The notes: generated from the letters alone by a model not told the origin. A stretch of 64,000 nt of DNA from Amphiscolops sp. MND2022 (GCA_964187785.1 OZ076409.1:78246001-78310000); one strand, 5' to 3'. Shown: positions 49,297 to 62,800, counted from the stretch's first letter. Translations and numbers: made by a program.

Positions 49297-50425
49297 TATA
49301 GATGTGTCACTGCACTTAATTTTTATCGTTCAAGCCAAATCAAAATCTTACAACTTGTTGAAGGTAATACACCCTTGAACGTGAAATAAAAGACATTTTT
49401 TGGAACGCATAAAAGACCTACTTTGGAACACCGCGAGAAGTATAATGCATGCCCTATGATGAGAGAAACAGGCTGTGAATAATGTAGTCGTCCCATTGAT
49501 GTTTGTATGAACAAAAGAAAAAGTGGCAGACATCCAAAATTGGTTTAAACGGGTCAAAATTGAGACTCAAAAAATGGATAATTCAAGCTACAGGGTACCA
49601 AAAAGCTAAAGACCCTCGTTTTTGGAAGCGAGAAAATTCAAATCGGAATGACCGTTCACATAATTACTTGACAAAGAAGTCTCAGGAACAAAACTTTCTC
49701 AAATTTCCATCAACAATACTGGGAATATTTTGTTTCAAACAAAATTGACAGAAGTTATAGAACTTACCTTATTTCTAACTTCTATTCCTCGATCATACAG
49801 TATCTCGAAAACCGCTGTGCGGAACGAAAAATGTCTCTGACAAACGTTGCCCATTTTATTCACATCGTTAATTTTTGAATTTAACACTTTTCTGAAAACG
49901 CATTTGAAAGTTTACACCGCAAAATGGTCACAAAACGCAAACTCTTCGATATTTAGTCCGTAAAATTACTGTTTTGAAGGAATTACACCTGTTTTTGGCG
50001 GTTCATTTCTAAGAAAGTTTTACGAAAATAAAAGATAAGAGCAATGTCAAGGTTACAAAAATGGTCGGGGTAGGTTTTTCTTCAGACCAGTAGTTGTTGA
50101 GATTTTTCGTAATCGAGCTCAAAAATTAGAAAATTCGTCATTATACTACGTGAGATAGCTCTTCAAAATTCCATTCGATTCCAAAACGAAAAATATCGTA
50201 AAACAAAATCAGAGAAACTTTTGCTCGTGTCACTTTTTTGTCAATTACATGTCCTAAGCGTTTTCAAAGTTTAGGCCTGCGCCATCAGCTGTCTCTAGCT
50301 CTTTGGTAGTATATACCGTAGTTGCGAGACCCATTTTTTGGAAATGAAACAAAATCCGAACGGCAAGAGATGCCATATCAGTTTAGATTGCGCAACGAAC
50401 AAAACTGATTGAAATAAGTTAAATT

Positions 50426-51436
50426 CAGGGTGCCCACCAACCTGGGATTTGTGGAATTCCTGGGAATGTCAGGGGATCTGGGAATTGGTCTGGGAATCAG
50501 GCGATTTCTGGGATTGTATTTTTCTTGTATTTTTTTAATATTTAGTCAAATACGAAAACCTTACAGGTACTAAACGGATCAGTTACGTTATTTTTCAGAT
50601 CATGGTATAAAAGCGCACCTGTTTCAATGGAGATTGGCGTGATACTCAATTATTTCCAGAATAATGCCAGTAGGTCGAGCGCAATCGCAATGACAAATGC
50701 ACTGCATATTGTATCCCAAGTGGCAACACTCTTGCATTAAGTAATATGGGTCATTGGGCACTCGATTCTCATGCGTCGTACAAAAGCCACAAGAAGAATA
50801 TGGAACAAGAGGTTCTTGCGAGATGATTCAAAAAGTATTGGACTTGATCAGTTGTACTGTGGCAAATACAACTTGCGTGGTATACCCATTTGTGGAAAGT
50901 CACCAAAATTGTGCTTGTACTTCCACACAGCAATGCTATAGTGGAGAGCGGTTTTTGTGTAAATGAGGATTTGCTATTAGAAAACTTGAGCAACAAAAGC
51001 CTTGCGGGACAACGTATTGTTGCGCATTCACTTGCTGAACGGCGTGGCATTGGCGCTTTAGCGTCCTGGAAGATACCGAAAGACTGCTTGAAGTACATGC
51101 GGGAAGCCAATGAAAAATACAAAGGGAAACTAGAGGAACAGCGCATGGAGGAAGCCTTTAGGCTGCAAAGAAAGAGGAAAGCGTTGGAAAAAGATGACGC
51201 TATAAAGGCGCTTGAAAAACAGAAGCAGGAACTCTTGTCCAACTTTGCCGTTCTATCACGTGAAATTAACCCAATTCATTGAAAAAAGGAGTTATTTTGA
51301 TTATCAATTGAATGTTAAGTTTTCTGAACATTTTGTGTGAAAAAGTAGGCTGAATTTGGTCGGGGAAATTCATTAATTTTTGTTTGGGATTTCTGGGAAA
51401 TCAGGGGATTTGTTTTAGAGGTCGATGGGCACCTTG
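50426..51436 (+). mobile_element. Internally deleted hAT-family element with transposase C-terminal fragment (50890-51282)
   Basis: TIRs CAGGGTGCCCA / TGGGCACCTTG; subterminal CTGGGA repeats at both ends; LVLPHSNAIVESGF motif; flanks TAAATT / CAAATT. Confidence 0.8.
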
Positions 51437-51457
51437 CAAATTGACAAAATAGAAAGA

Positions 51458-52274
51458 AACAAGCCGGGAACGGTCAAAATCGGCGCTATAACTGAGGCTC
51501 AAAAAGCAAAAACTTCTAAAAATATGTTAAGGCCGTTTTTTATGAAAAACTCACAAAAAAGTGCCTTTCTTGCTCTGAAATGCTTCAGACGTTGAGATAA
51601 AGCGTGCTGAGACAAATGCGACCATTTTTTCAGTCCTACGCCTCCTCCTCAGTAAAACGCAATTTACATCGGATATAACGTCCAAAGTTCGGATATAGCG
51701 TGCTGGGACAAATGGGAGCGCTTGTTTTTGAACCTCTCCCTCCTCCTTAGTAAGACACAAGATAGTTCAGATATAACGTCAAAAATTCGGATATACTGCA
51801 ATATTTTCGAGCCTCCACTTCCAACATTCTGATAGTATTGAACAAAGTTATCGGTGGATATTCATTGAGAAAACCTAAAAGCACACAAAAAATCATAATT
51901 TTGAACAATCTCATAATGCCAAAAAATATAAAAGGGGAACTATTTGGGATTTTCATACATCCTTCCTGTTGCAAAATATCAAGAAAAATGAGAAGGGGTC
52001 TCTGAAGCAGACCTTGAAAATTTTCAGAAGAAAAGTCTCACAGTGCCGAAAAAAATCTAATTTAAAAACACAAAGATAGGCAAAGTGGGGTCCTTTGTAT
52101 GTTTTCGAGGTTCTGGACGTCGGATTCGTTTTGGACACGGTTCTGACGCTTCCAGTATGTTTTGGACATCCGTAGTTCAAGTTGAATAAATGAACAAAAA
52201 AGTGGACCATACGCGGCTAAAAATGTACCCATTGTAAAAGTCGGGCTTTCTTATTCAAAAGCGCCGACTAAAAA
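51458..52274 (-). mobile_element. HINE-like element
   Basis: AACAAGCCGGGAACGG..ATCGGCGC at left, GCGCCGACTAAAAA at right; internal match to 20748-21315. Confidence 0.72.
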
Positions 52275-53065
52275 CAGTCCCAAAAATTGTTTGTGTTTAG
52301 GGTTATTCTAGTGAATGAAGACATCGAACCAAAGCCACAAAAATTTCAGTCTCCCACTGTAAGTATTGTTGAAATTTACCAAGAACAAGTGCAACAAGCC
52401 AGGAACTGCAAATAGCGCAGCCTGCTAGAGGCTCGAAAAACACATTTGAAACAATTAAGCATCGGAAGTGTTTCGAAAGTTTTCTGATAAATATCACAGA
52501 GCCAAAAAAACATTCCCAAAATTCATTCTAAAAAACATCCCAAGGCAACTCATGCTCACAAAAGCTTTTTTTTCTAACTCAAACCATTTTAAAAAAAAAA
52601 ACAAAAAATGAATCAAAGTCTGGAGTTTTGAAAAATTTCTAACTAGAGTCATTCAATTTGTTGAAAAAGTCAAAATGTAGCTTCGATGTCTTTGGAACGT
52701 TTTTGGATTATCACTCAAATTCAAACATGGAATGAAGAACAAAAAGAATAAAGTACCAGAAGCATTGTCCACGGCAAAATAAGGACTTACGGCCAAAGAA
52801 GGACCAACGCAGACAATTGAAAACTTGGGAACACGGCCGAAGAATAGCTTTTCCAGTACTTGACCATGCAGATTCTGCAATGCAACGAGTTGATCGCTGT
52901 TACACAATTGTCCCGTATTGCGATCAGACTGCAATAGTGTCGGAAAAAAGGCTAATATGCAACAGCGAAAAATATTGGTAACCGGGCAGCAGAAAAATTT
53001 ACCCAAAGTATCTAAATGTTTTGTTGTTGGACTATGTGGATACCAGTACTTAACATACCAAACTA

Positions 53066-53944
53066 TCAGTCAGCGCATTTCGTGAGCAAAAATGACTATA
53101 GTCATGGCTTTTCGTCAGTTTTTATTCGACAACACCCGTTCTACCAAACAAAGGTTCTCTCAATTTTCAAGTAACATCTCACTGCCATTTGACCTAGTGG
53201 ATAAAGCGGAGTTCCTACAGTGTTAGAAGAAAGAGTAAGTGGGTTGGAGTCTCGCGCTCAACCAAAAACTTTTCATTTTGGAAAAGTAGGGGAAGACCAA
53301 ACGGTCTCCCCCTACAACTTTTTTGGGACTATGCTACTTTTTTCACACTTTTCGCAAACAAAAACTCCGTTGCTCGTTTTTCAGCAGAGACCACAACGTT
53401 TTGCAAGTATAGCTGGCCAAGTTTTGTTGTTTTTCGGCATCGTTCCACTTACAGAGAAATTTTGGAAAAATTTCCAAGAATTTTTTCGAGACTTTTTCCG
53501 CACTTTAAGGTTTGTGAGGTTTTCTGTAAGAGAAGAATGTTTCCCGAGTCTTGAGGATGACCTCTTCGTTGTTTTTTTATCCTTTGCAACTGATGAGTTT
53601 TCACAATGATTGCGGAAAACACCTCTTTTCAGTTTTTTTCGCCTCTGTGCGTCTTTCCGAAACAATCACCTGGTTGAAGGATACCCCCCACTTTCAAAAC
53701 CTTTCCAGTTTGAGAAAAAGAGGTTTTGCTTTCTTAACCTTTTTTGGCACTCTGGGACTTTTCTGAAAAGAATTCAAAAACGCATTTTTTGTTTTACCTG
53801 TTGGGTAAGAATGGTTTCCGAGTCTCAGGCGTAATACTTGGGGTAAAATTTGGCACTGAGAACATAGGTAAAAGTTCGAATTAGTGGCCTACGCAGGTTT
53901 AAGGAACTTGAGTGGGGCGACAACATAGGCGGTCCCTGCTTGTT
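53066..53944 (+). mobile_element. Older degenerate HINE-like element
   Basis: AGTCAGCGC start and GCGGTCCCTGCTTGTT end. Confidence 0.45.
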
Positions 53945-54075
53945 TTATTATTGCAGATAACGTTAGAATAATTCGACATTTTAGACAACTTTGGGGTCAT
54001 TTTGACTAACTTTTCTAACATGAAACTAAAGATGTCTTTTCTGAAAAGCCTAATGGAAACCGAATTCAGTTGTTG

Positions 54076-54530
54076 TTAGTCGGCACTTTTTCCACTTTTT
54101 CCACTAATGGGTAGTTTTTTTCAGCCTACAATCGCACTCTGAATGGTCCACCTTTCTTACAATCTTTACAATCTTATCTTACAATTTCTTACAATTCTTA
54201 CCGAGTAAATTTGTAAATAATGGCGCAAAAGCGCACAAATTAGTATTTTTGCATCATCTAAAAAACTCAGCGGGACCAAAGGGTCTATGGGACTTTTTTT
54301 GAAAAAAAATTCTGACCGAAGTTTCCCATCTTCAATTTTTTGAAAGTATCCGACAGAAAGGATGTTGAAAAAACCCAAAGGGCCCCCCTTTCCAGTTTTT
54401 TCGGCAACGTGAGACTTTTTTAAAAAAATCCATGAAATGGTCCCGAATTCACCAATAATTTGACATTTCGAAGTCCTTTTGCTATTTATGAGCCTTAGAT
54501 ATGGCGCGACTTGGGCCGTTCCCGGCTTGT
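54076..54530 (+). mobile_element. HINE-like element
   Basis: TTAGTCGGCAC ... GAGCCTTAGATATGGCGCGACTTGGGCCGTTCCCGGCTTGTT. Confidence 0.68.
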
Positions 54531-56089
54531 TGGATGTTCACATCATTCTAAATAGCTCGAAAAATTACAAAAAAATTGCAACAAAACGTCGCAAAAATTA
54601 TAATTTTTGAGTCATTCTCAGGTTTGCTTCCTACGTGGGGAACTGCATAAACAATTTTCTTTGGAAGGCGTACTCCATGCCTAGTGATTTTGCTGGGAGC
54701 TTTTCAAATATCAAATACTTGACAGAAAAGTTCGGAAAAAATATTACGTTTTCAAGTAAAGTTTTTCGGAAGTTGTGCTAATATTCTTGTCAAATATCTT
54801 TTCGAACTACTACCGGTAGCTACACGTTTCAGTCCTCACCGTATGGGATTTTTGACTGAAGTAAACATTCGGAAAATGCCCAAAATTGGGAGTATGTTGT
54901 CGGAAATTGATAAATTTCGGAAATTTTGGCACTTTTGTTGTCAAATTCGAGAACTCTATCCCTTTTTTCACAAATTGCGTTTTGGATACCCTAATGTGTC
55001 AACGTTTAGGTCAATGGATATTCTATTCTCGAAAACTTTTCGTGGTTTGAACAAAACTTCGGATTATTGTTTAAACAAACTTGCTTTACGGTTGTAATTT
55101 TAACTTTGGCGTGTTTCTGAGGCCAATGCCGACAACAAATTGCTGTTATATCTTCAAAACGCCTACCTACTGGCTACCAGAACCAGTCGTTGCTAAATTT
55201 TTCGAACCATCTGATGTAAGGCAGTTGCTCACAATTTATACTTTGAAAATGGCAAAGCTTTTGCCTTTTGTCCATTCGAGATATTTCACATTTGGAATAC
55301 TGAAACTATCTCGTCATAAAAGACTACTGGACAACAAATTCTTTTTGCACAATTTCATCATTTTAAGTCACGATGTCTATCTAGAATTCGACAAACATTG
55401 CATAAAAATTTTTAAAATAGGATTTTTCGGAATGTTTGTTGTTTTCGGGGTCATTTTGGGTCATTATGGGGTCGTTTCTGTCATTCCCAATGAAGTCAAA
55501 AATCTCTACAAGTACATCTCGCACGAAACTTGGTTTATGTGAGTTGAACTTCGGAAGTGACACCCTTTAATTGGAATATGAATTCTGTGCCTTGCAAATT
55601 TTTTGAAAAACCTTTTGATTTATTATTTTTTCCCATATAGAATATGGGCGGAACATATTAACCGAAAGAACTGACACAACACTGTTACTCGAAACAGTAT
55701 GAATGGAGATGTTCAAAGTAGCAATGGGGTAACGTAATGGGAAGTAACAGGCCGGGAACGGCCCAAGCCAACGACCTGCTCGAAACTCTAGAAATGGAAA
55801 GTCTTCCAAGTACGCTCAGAAAGAATCATTGAGAAATCTCTAGTCAACCTCAGGGTAATGAAAACCGAGTTTCGTAGGCTGCCGAATGAGATGGGAACAT
55901 CTATACGAACGAGCAGCGCAGACCGATTGCCTTTCCCGGAACTCACCCATCACTAAATCTGATATGTTTGAAGTTTTTATATTTTACTCTCAAAGTATGC
56001 AGCTTCAATTAGTTCAATTGCATTTAACAAAATCTGACAGCAAGCTATACTGACAAGCAGGGAGGAAACGCGTTCAAATGTCTGCCAAC

Positions 56090-56878
56090 TCAGTATAGCT
56101 AGCATAGCCGCCAACGGTGCATTGGCCGATAACAGCCTAGCATTTTTTCACCACTTTCTTCAGTAATGCTATAATGCACTCATAATTAGCCGGAATGGAC
56201 GAGTAAGACCACATGGCCCAAAAGGTGCAAATGTAGATTTAGTTGATGCTATTATTATGATAGTTGATAAAAGCTAAATGATAAATTAGTGCTTCATGTA
56301 TTTAGATAAAAAGATCACATGGAAGGATGTATTGAATGGAAATACAATAAATCATGACTAGTATTACCACTACAAATAAACCACCCATTGCTTTTCCGCA
56401 AAAGGCTCAACGGGGCCGTAGGTTGGTCGTCTAGGTCAAACAAGCACATGAAACAGCATGTAAAGTTGTTGAATACATGTTATTCTCATTGTTAGTTGTT
56501 CTAAAATAGTCGTCACAACTATTGTTGAGTGCTTTGGTCTTGTCGCAGTAATGGCCCAGTTACGTAAGACAGACGAGTCCGTCGAGATATTTTCGAGTGA
56601 ATTGAACGCTAGATTGTCCCAAGAGATGGATTGATTAATGAAGCTAATGCAAACAGAGATCAATGGTGCAATTAGTTCAACTATAAATGATGGAGTGTTA
56701 CCTAAAATACAATAATAATGTCTTATTTGCCTTTGGACCAGATCGGCATTGGGACGGATACGTCCTTGAGTAGGTGAGGGTCCGGTAATGTTTGGCAGGA
56801 GCCCAATATAAAATTTGCAAAAAAAGGTCTCAAGATTCACTTGTGATCTTAGAGAAAACATGGATTCTACTCGTTACA
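56090..56878 (+). repeat. Degenerate solo or 3' LTR of the gag-in-LTR lineage (left boundary uncertain)
   Basis: ~56586-56716 translates to IFSSELNARLSQEMD*LMKLMQTEINGAISSTINDGVLPKIQ; ends ..GTTACA like element 1 LTR, with no TGG after it. Confidence 0.65.
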
Positions 56879-58897
56879 CCGAACGCTACCCTTGAGACTC
56901 GAAAAACGCTATCCCTTAACTAGAAAGATAAAACCCATGTTTTTTGGAAAAAATTTCTCTAAAAGTTCACAAAACCGAAAATCTCAAAAAGGGGCTCTTT
57001 AGGCTCTAGAATTGTCCTTTCTCAAGTAAAAATGGAGACAATCCTAACTTGTTTTACTTCCAACGTCCTTCATCTCAAAACTGTAGCACCTTTAACTTTA
57101 CGAATCATTTGACGGTTACCTCGAGCGGTAAAAAGATTGATTCACGTCTTTCAGTTAGTGAATGCTTTTCCAGCACTATTGAGTTCATATTGTTTGTGAT
57201 AAAACTACGCTTTACATGGTACTTTTTGCTCAAAAATGCAAGATAAACCCTTCTAGAAAAGAAAAATTATTGAAGTGAACTTTCTGTTTGGCAAATTTCT
57301 CCAGACTTATTTGGCTAAGAAAACCACGAGATTGAATGAAGAATTTTGCAACAAAACTTATGTGGGAGTTGATTTTGTAATCTCTTTGGCAGTTGAAGGT
57401 TTTCCGATTTGATTTTCGATATCAGCAAAAATCTGAGCTTTTTTTACCTTCCATGAATTATAAGCTTCATAACGACCGAGTAAAAGAAATCTAAAATTTC
57501 AAATTTTGTGGGCATTAACATGGAATGAAATGTTTTCAGCCAAAAATGGAACTTTACCACACCGATATTCCTCACAACTACTACTCGTCACAACCGAAAG
57601 GCTCTGTAACCCTAATGTTATAACCCAGCTCGCAAATCATAAATAATAGATGCGAATTTGCAGTTGCCATATTTTATTTCCAGTGATCGAAAAAATAGTC
57701 GTCGGGAATCTTGGAACTAACGATCTGGAAGGTGCCTATTCATACAGACGACTTTACAAAATAGGTCTGAAATAGCAAAATTCAATTTATTAGCTTTTAG
57801 TGCTGTTACAGCCAATATGTATGAAACTTGATTCATTTGAAGAAGTTAACATACTTCCCATGTTGAGCTTTTCTTCAGAATCTGTACAGATCTGTGAGCC
57901 AATTTTCCTTGAGGATCTGCAAAGATTGTACCATTGCTACGTGAGAACAACTGCAGATCTGCAGGGATCTTTTTAGATGTTCAACGATGTTCTGTACAGA
58001 TTTTCCAGGAAAAAATTTTTGGACATTCTGGTGAAACTATGTATTTCAATTTTGGGCTTCTTCAACGAGTATTTTAGCTGACCAAGGCTCAGTCAGTTGA
58101 AACTCCATCGTTCAAAATTCTCTCAGGAAAATTTGTCCCCATCACGGTAATTTAGTGTCTATGGAATGTTTGGTTTTGGTTATACACGGTAATTTATCCA
58201 TTTCATCTGAACATTCCAGAAATGGTTTTTCAACTTTGAGGCTAGTTTGAAACATTGACTCCGTTTTGGCGGATGTAATTAGACATTTGGCCACCGTATT
58301 GTTTGGTACATGTGTTGATGAAGTGCTGTGGTTGTGATATTTCGGGAACATGGTTCGCTGGAGTAGTTTCAGTAATTGCTCGAAACTTGGAATACGTTGT
58401 AGTAATTTATTGGTCATTTTCGTATTGTTAACTTTTGACAAATCCTTGACTATCTGTCAGGATTTGTACAGTGATATACCATGATTGATGCTATACTATA
58501 AATTATATTTATCCCCCCGCCCCGTGTATGTCTAGACTGTAAAACTACAATTGTACTCCATTTATATTCTAGATGTAAAATGATTGATGTAACCACTTTA
58601 TATTCAATACCATAGATCGATGTAACTAATTTATATTCAATACTATAAACCTTCATTTAGAACACAACTTGAATTGACTCTTCACCGATTAGTTGTCTTC
58701 ACTCTAAGACCTAATAACTGCAGCTCTATTAGTGTCTCTTAAAGTACTAATCGTAACATCAATAAAAAGATTCAATTCCTCGTATAACTAAAATACCAAC
58801 TACAACCAAGTACTTTAACTGGTGCGACCAGCTCATTTCTTTCCTTCTCCTAAAACACTTTCTTCTTATTTCTCATTTTCCTTTCAAACAAACTTTC

Positions 58898-59146
58898 TGT
58901 ACTAATCACACAACGTGATTCGACTCATTGTCGGTACACATCTGAAGTCTTCTGTACTAATCACCTTCCGTGGTTCGACCTAGTAGTCGGTACATTTCTT
59001 TCTGTACTAATCACTTTCACGTGATTCAGCTTTTTGCTGGTACACTATTCTTTCTGTACTAATCACCTTTTGTGATTCAGCTCCGTGCTGGTACAATCTC
59101 CCCTTCAGTACTAATCACCCTTGTGATTCAGCTTTCCGCTGGTACA
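58898..59146 (+). other. Five tandem structured-RNA (three-way junction) repeats in the element leader
   Basis: TGTAC-T-AATCAC-loop-GTGATT-CGAC/CAGC-loop-GTCG/GCTG-GTACA five times, with variable loops and compensatory stems. Confidence 0.8.
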
Positions 59147-59284
59147 TTTCCTTTTTCCCCTTAACCCCTTGTATCTTAGTTCGCCTGTAACGGCTCCACC
59201 TTTTCAACCCTTCTCCTTTCATTTTATATCATTTCCCTCCTTATTTTAAACATCTCTCCATTTTCATCTATTCCAAAATTTTCT

Positions 59285-59422
59285 ATGCCTTCTCTCAATG
59301 ACTCTGTTTGTATTTGCCTAATACTCCTTTACTTTCTTGGTCTCTGTGCCATTGTTCTTCTTCTTCTTGACAAATTTATTCTTCCTTTCATTCCCCATGT
59401 TTTTGACCAATACCGAACATAA
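59285..59422 (+). CDS. Short hydrophobic ORF 1 (45 aa, putative single TM)
   Basis: MPSLNDSVCICLILLYFLGLCAIVLLLLDKFILPFIPHVFDQYRT. Confidence 0.4.
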   Translation: MPSLNDSVCICLILLYFLGLCAIVLLLLDKFILPFIPHVFDQYRT

Positions 59423-59433
59423 TATCTTTTTTA

Positions 59434-59547
59434 ATGTTCATCACTGAAAACCTCGCCACTATCATCCTTTTCGTTTCCTACATTTTTGCAATGCTTGTTT
59501 TTTTAATGCTCCTCATTGAAAAAATTGTTGCATCCCTTTTTCACTAA
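59434..59547 (+). CDS. Short hydrophobic ORF 2 (37 aa, putative single TM)
   Basis: MFITENLATIILFVSYIFAMLVFLMLLIEKIVASLFH. Confidence 0.4.
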   Translation: MFITENLATIILFVSYIFAMLVFLMLLIEKIVASLFH

Positions 59548-59658
59548 TTGCCCTTTCTTCTTAAACTCCCTATCTCCTTCTCCCTTCTCCCCTTCCTACT
59601 TCCCCTTATTTCCTTTCCTCCTTTTATTACTTTCCTTTCTTTTCTCCTCAATCTTTAT

Positions 59659-59895
59659 ATGAACCTCCTTTTTCTTCACCATAACCGCTTCATCGCTCTT
59701 TTTCAACTTGTCTTCATTTCCTTTTTTCTTATTATAATACCCATATACTTTCATTCGTTTCTCTCTTCATTTTATTTTGCCCTCTTTAAAATAATTCATC
59801 GTTATTTCTTCCCTCTCCCAATTGAACCGTCAATTCACCCTGATATTATTATGGATTGGATTTGGTTACATTATTTCCCTCATAGACACTCCTAA
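59659..59895 (+). CDS. Short hydrophobic ORF 3 (78 aa); stop overlaps the next ATG (TAATG)
   Basis: MNLLFLHHNRFIALFQLVFISFFLIIIPIYF..; TAA 59893-59895 shares a base with ATG 59895. Confidence 0.4.
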   Translation: MNLLFLHHNRFIALFQLVFISFFLIIIPIYFHSFLSSFYFALFKIIHRYFFPLPIEPSIHPDIIMDWIWLHYFPHRHS

Positions 59896-62800
59896 TGACT
59901 GATCCAATTCAACCTCTTATCCCTCTCCCCTTTGTTTTCAATACCACTCAACGTATTACCCGTGATGTTTCACAAACCCTCACTCAATTTCTTAACAATC
60001 TCATTTACAATTCCACCACTCCCCTTCCTTTTGAAACCTACCCCGAAGATATATATACAACTCCTCTTATTCGTGAACACCATGATTCATATTTATATTA
60101 TATTGAAACCCATTCTCTTGTTCTAAATTCTGAAGAACCCCCATTTTCTATTCCCTTCACTTCTCTCATAAATCGCTCCGATACCTTTCGTAAAAACATC
60201 TACCCTAATAATATTTACATCCCTATCGCTAAAGTCTTTACAACATTTCTCAATCATCTTCCAGAAAACAATAACCTTTTAACCAAACATGTTTTTAATC
60301 CTTCTTCCATACAGGACCTTCTTCAAAAGGAATCCCTTTTTAATCTTTCTAATATTGAACAATTTAGAACTATTGAAAATAATCCTCACCACTGGCTTAC
60401 CACTGATATTCTTCAAATTCACCATTTTCAATATCAATTCTTTCAAAAACTTACCCTCAATACAAAAACCAAAGAACAAATTCAAATTTACTCTCTCTTC
60501 CTCCGAAAATTTTTTAGACACAATTACCAACTCAAAGTTCCAAGAGGCCTGTATAAATTTTCCTCAACAGTTTTCTTCAGATGAACTTTTACCTTTTATT
60601 ATTAATTCTGATAGCCAACACCAACAGTATTATAACCTCCTTGATTTTCCATCCTCTCATTTTCAATATCTTGCCTAGGACTCCAATAGTCTTGATAAAA
60701 GTCTTAACCTTCCCTCTCCTATTCGTCCTTATACCCAACAATCTTACCTACCTCCCTCAACTGATACAACTTCCAACATCTCTATTCGAACTCTTCCTTC
60801 ATCTTCAAATGCTTTAATAAATCCCATCTCTCTTAATAATCAACATAATCCTACTTCTACTTCTCAAGTCACCTTAAATAATGAAAACCTCTCTCCTTCC
60901 AACTCTCCGAATCAATATAACACACCTTCTAACACTCCACCTGCTGTTCCTCCCAACTCAATTTCACTCCCTACCTCCTCCATTCCCACATTACCCCCAT
61001 TCCCCTTTCTTTCAATAATACTCTTCCTACCCAATCTTTTCCTCCAAATCCTCCAATCTCTTCTATTTCTCAAACTTCTTCTTCTACTACACAACCCACC
61101 CCATATAATCCTTTATTTCTCTTTATCCAACTTTTCAAAATTTCCCCACTAATTCTCACCAACCTCCTCCTAACCCCCCTCAACCTACTCTTTCCACTTC
61201 AACAATACCTTTCAACTTTTCTTCTCTCCATCCATCTCCTCCTTTCCCCACCACCCCTTCTGTCCCTTTTGCTGCACTCTCTGATCCCATTAAACTATTT
61301 GATGGCCTTGACCATACTTATCCTCCTGAAAAATTCTTGGCACATCTTAGTGCTCGAGTAACATTTCAACTTGGACCTCAACCTGTTGATACACATTCAT
61401 ATTTAACATGGCATTCTCGTCGAATGTCTCTCTTATATTGTTCCCTCACAGGAACTGCTTCTAATTGGTTTGATCGCCTCCCCCAAGTTTATAAAGATGA
61501 TTGGTCATCTTTCCTCCAAATTTTTAAGAAACAATTCTATTCCCAAAAACATGCATACCATGCTCAAATTGAAGCTCTTTCCCTTGTTAAAAAAGATAAT
61601 GAAAATGTCCGTCACTTTGCTCTTAAAGTCGAAACACTTGTTAAACAAGGATGGTACAATGAATACCCGTCCACTATTAACCTTAAATGTAATGAAATTT
61701 TCACTCGTGGTCTTCCAAAAAAACTAAAAGACTTTGCCAACAAACGCCAAGTTAAACATATTTCCAGTTCTTTAGAACCGTCAATGCCTTTTCACTCTCT
61801 TGTCAATATGGTCGATTCCGAAGATATTACTCTTGAAAAAATTAAAACTCAAGAACTTTCACTTGAAATCAACAATTTATCTAACACTTTTCAACAAAAT
61901 ACAAATATTCAAGATCCTCCTTCAGAACCTCCACACGTTCAAGTCATTGATCCGAACAATAAATCCAAACCTCAATTTAAAAATATTGTTCCTTTTGCCA
62001 TAAAAATAATCACTCTGTTTCAACTTGCTTTCGTCGCCTTAATTAACTCAAAGAATCGAAACCACAATCTCGATCTCCAACTCCTACCTTTTATCAACAT
62101 TTTAAAACTCCTTCAAATAAATCTCGTTATCCTCGATACCGTAGTCGAAGTCATAGTACTCCATCTCGCAAATCCTCTCGCGACAATCGCTACGACAATC
62201 GCTACCATTCTCGTTCTAATTCACGTTCACATTCACGCTCTAGATACAACTATAAAACATGCTCTCGTACATATTCCCCTTCTCATAATCGTGATAGATC
62301 TCGATATGACAAACATTACCATCAAAATCCTTACAAACCATATACTTCTTCACGAACATATTATAACTCTAATTCTTCTCGTAGCCCATCTAAATATTAT
62401 CTCCGTTCTCGTGAACGTGGCTCCAACTTTAATACTTCTACTTTTAACAGATACACCTCTCCTTATCGTCCTCCTTCTAAACCACGCAATGATCGTTATC
62501 GTAGCCGATCTCATTCAAATTCAAATCACCCCTCTCCATCTCAATATAAACCTTCCTTAAATCTTACACATCCGTCTACACCACCCATTCAAAGCAACTC
62601 CCCTTCACAAACTCATTTTGAAATAAACATGTACCACCCTAATCCTCCATTCCCTCAATCTTCTTCAACTTCTACTGAACATGCTAATGCTCTCACACCT
62701 TCCACTTGGTTTGTTAACTTATTTCTTTTTAAACCCAATGAAGATACCTCTATTCCCTCTAAATTAGAACTATTATTCTTACTTGACAGTGGAGCATCCA

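Noticed and set aside
58898..59146. CRISPR-like repeats or hammerhead ribozymes
   Set aside because: Spacers are only ~8-14 nt, there are no cas genes, and the hammerhead core (CUGANGA, GAAA) is absent on either strand as read.
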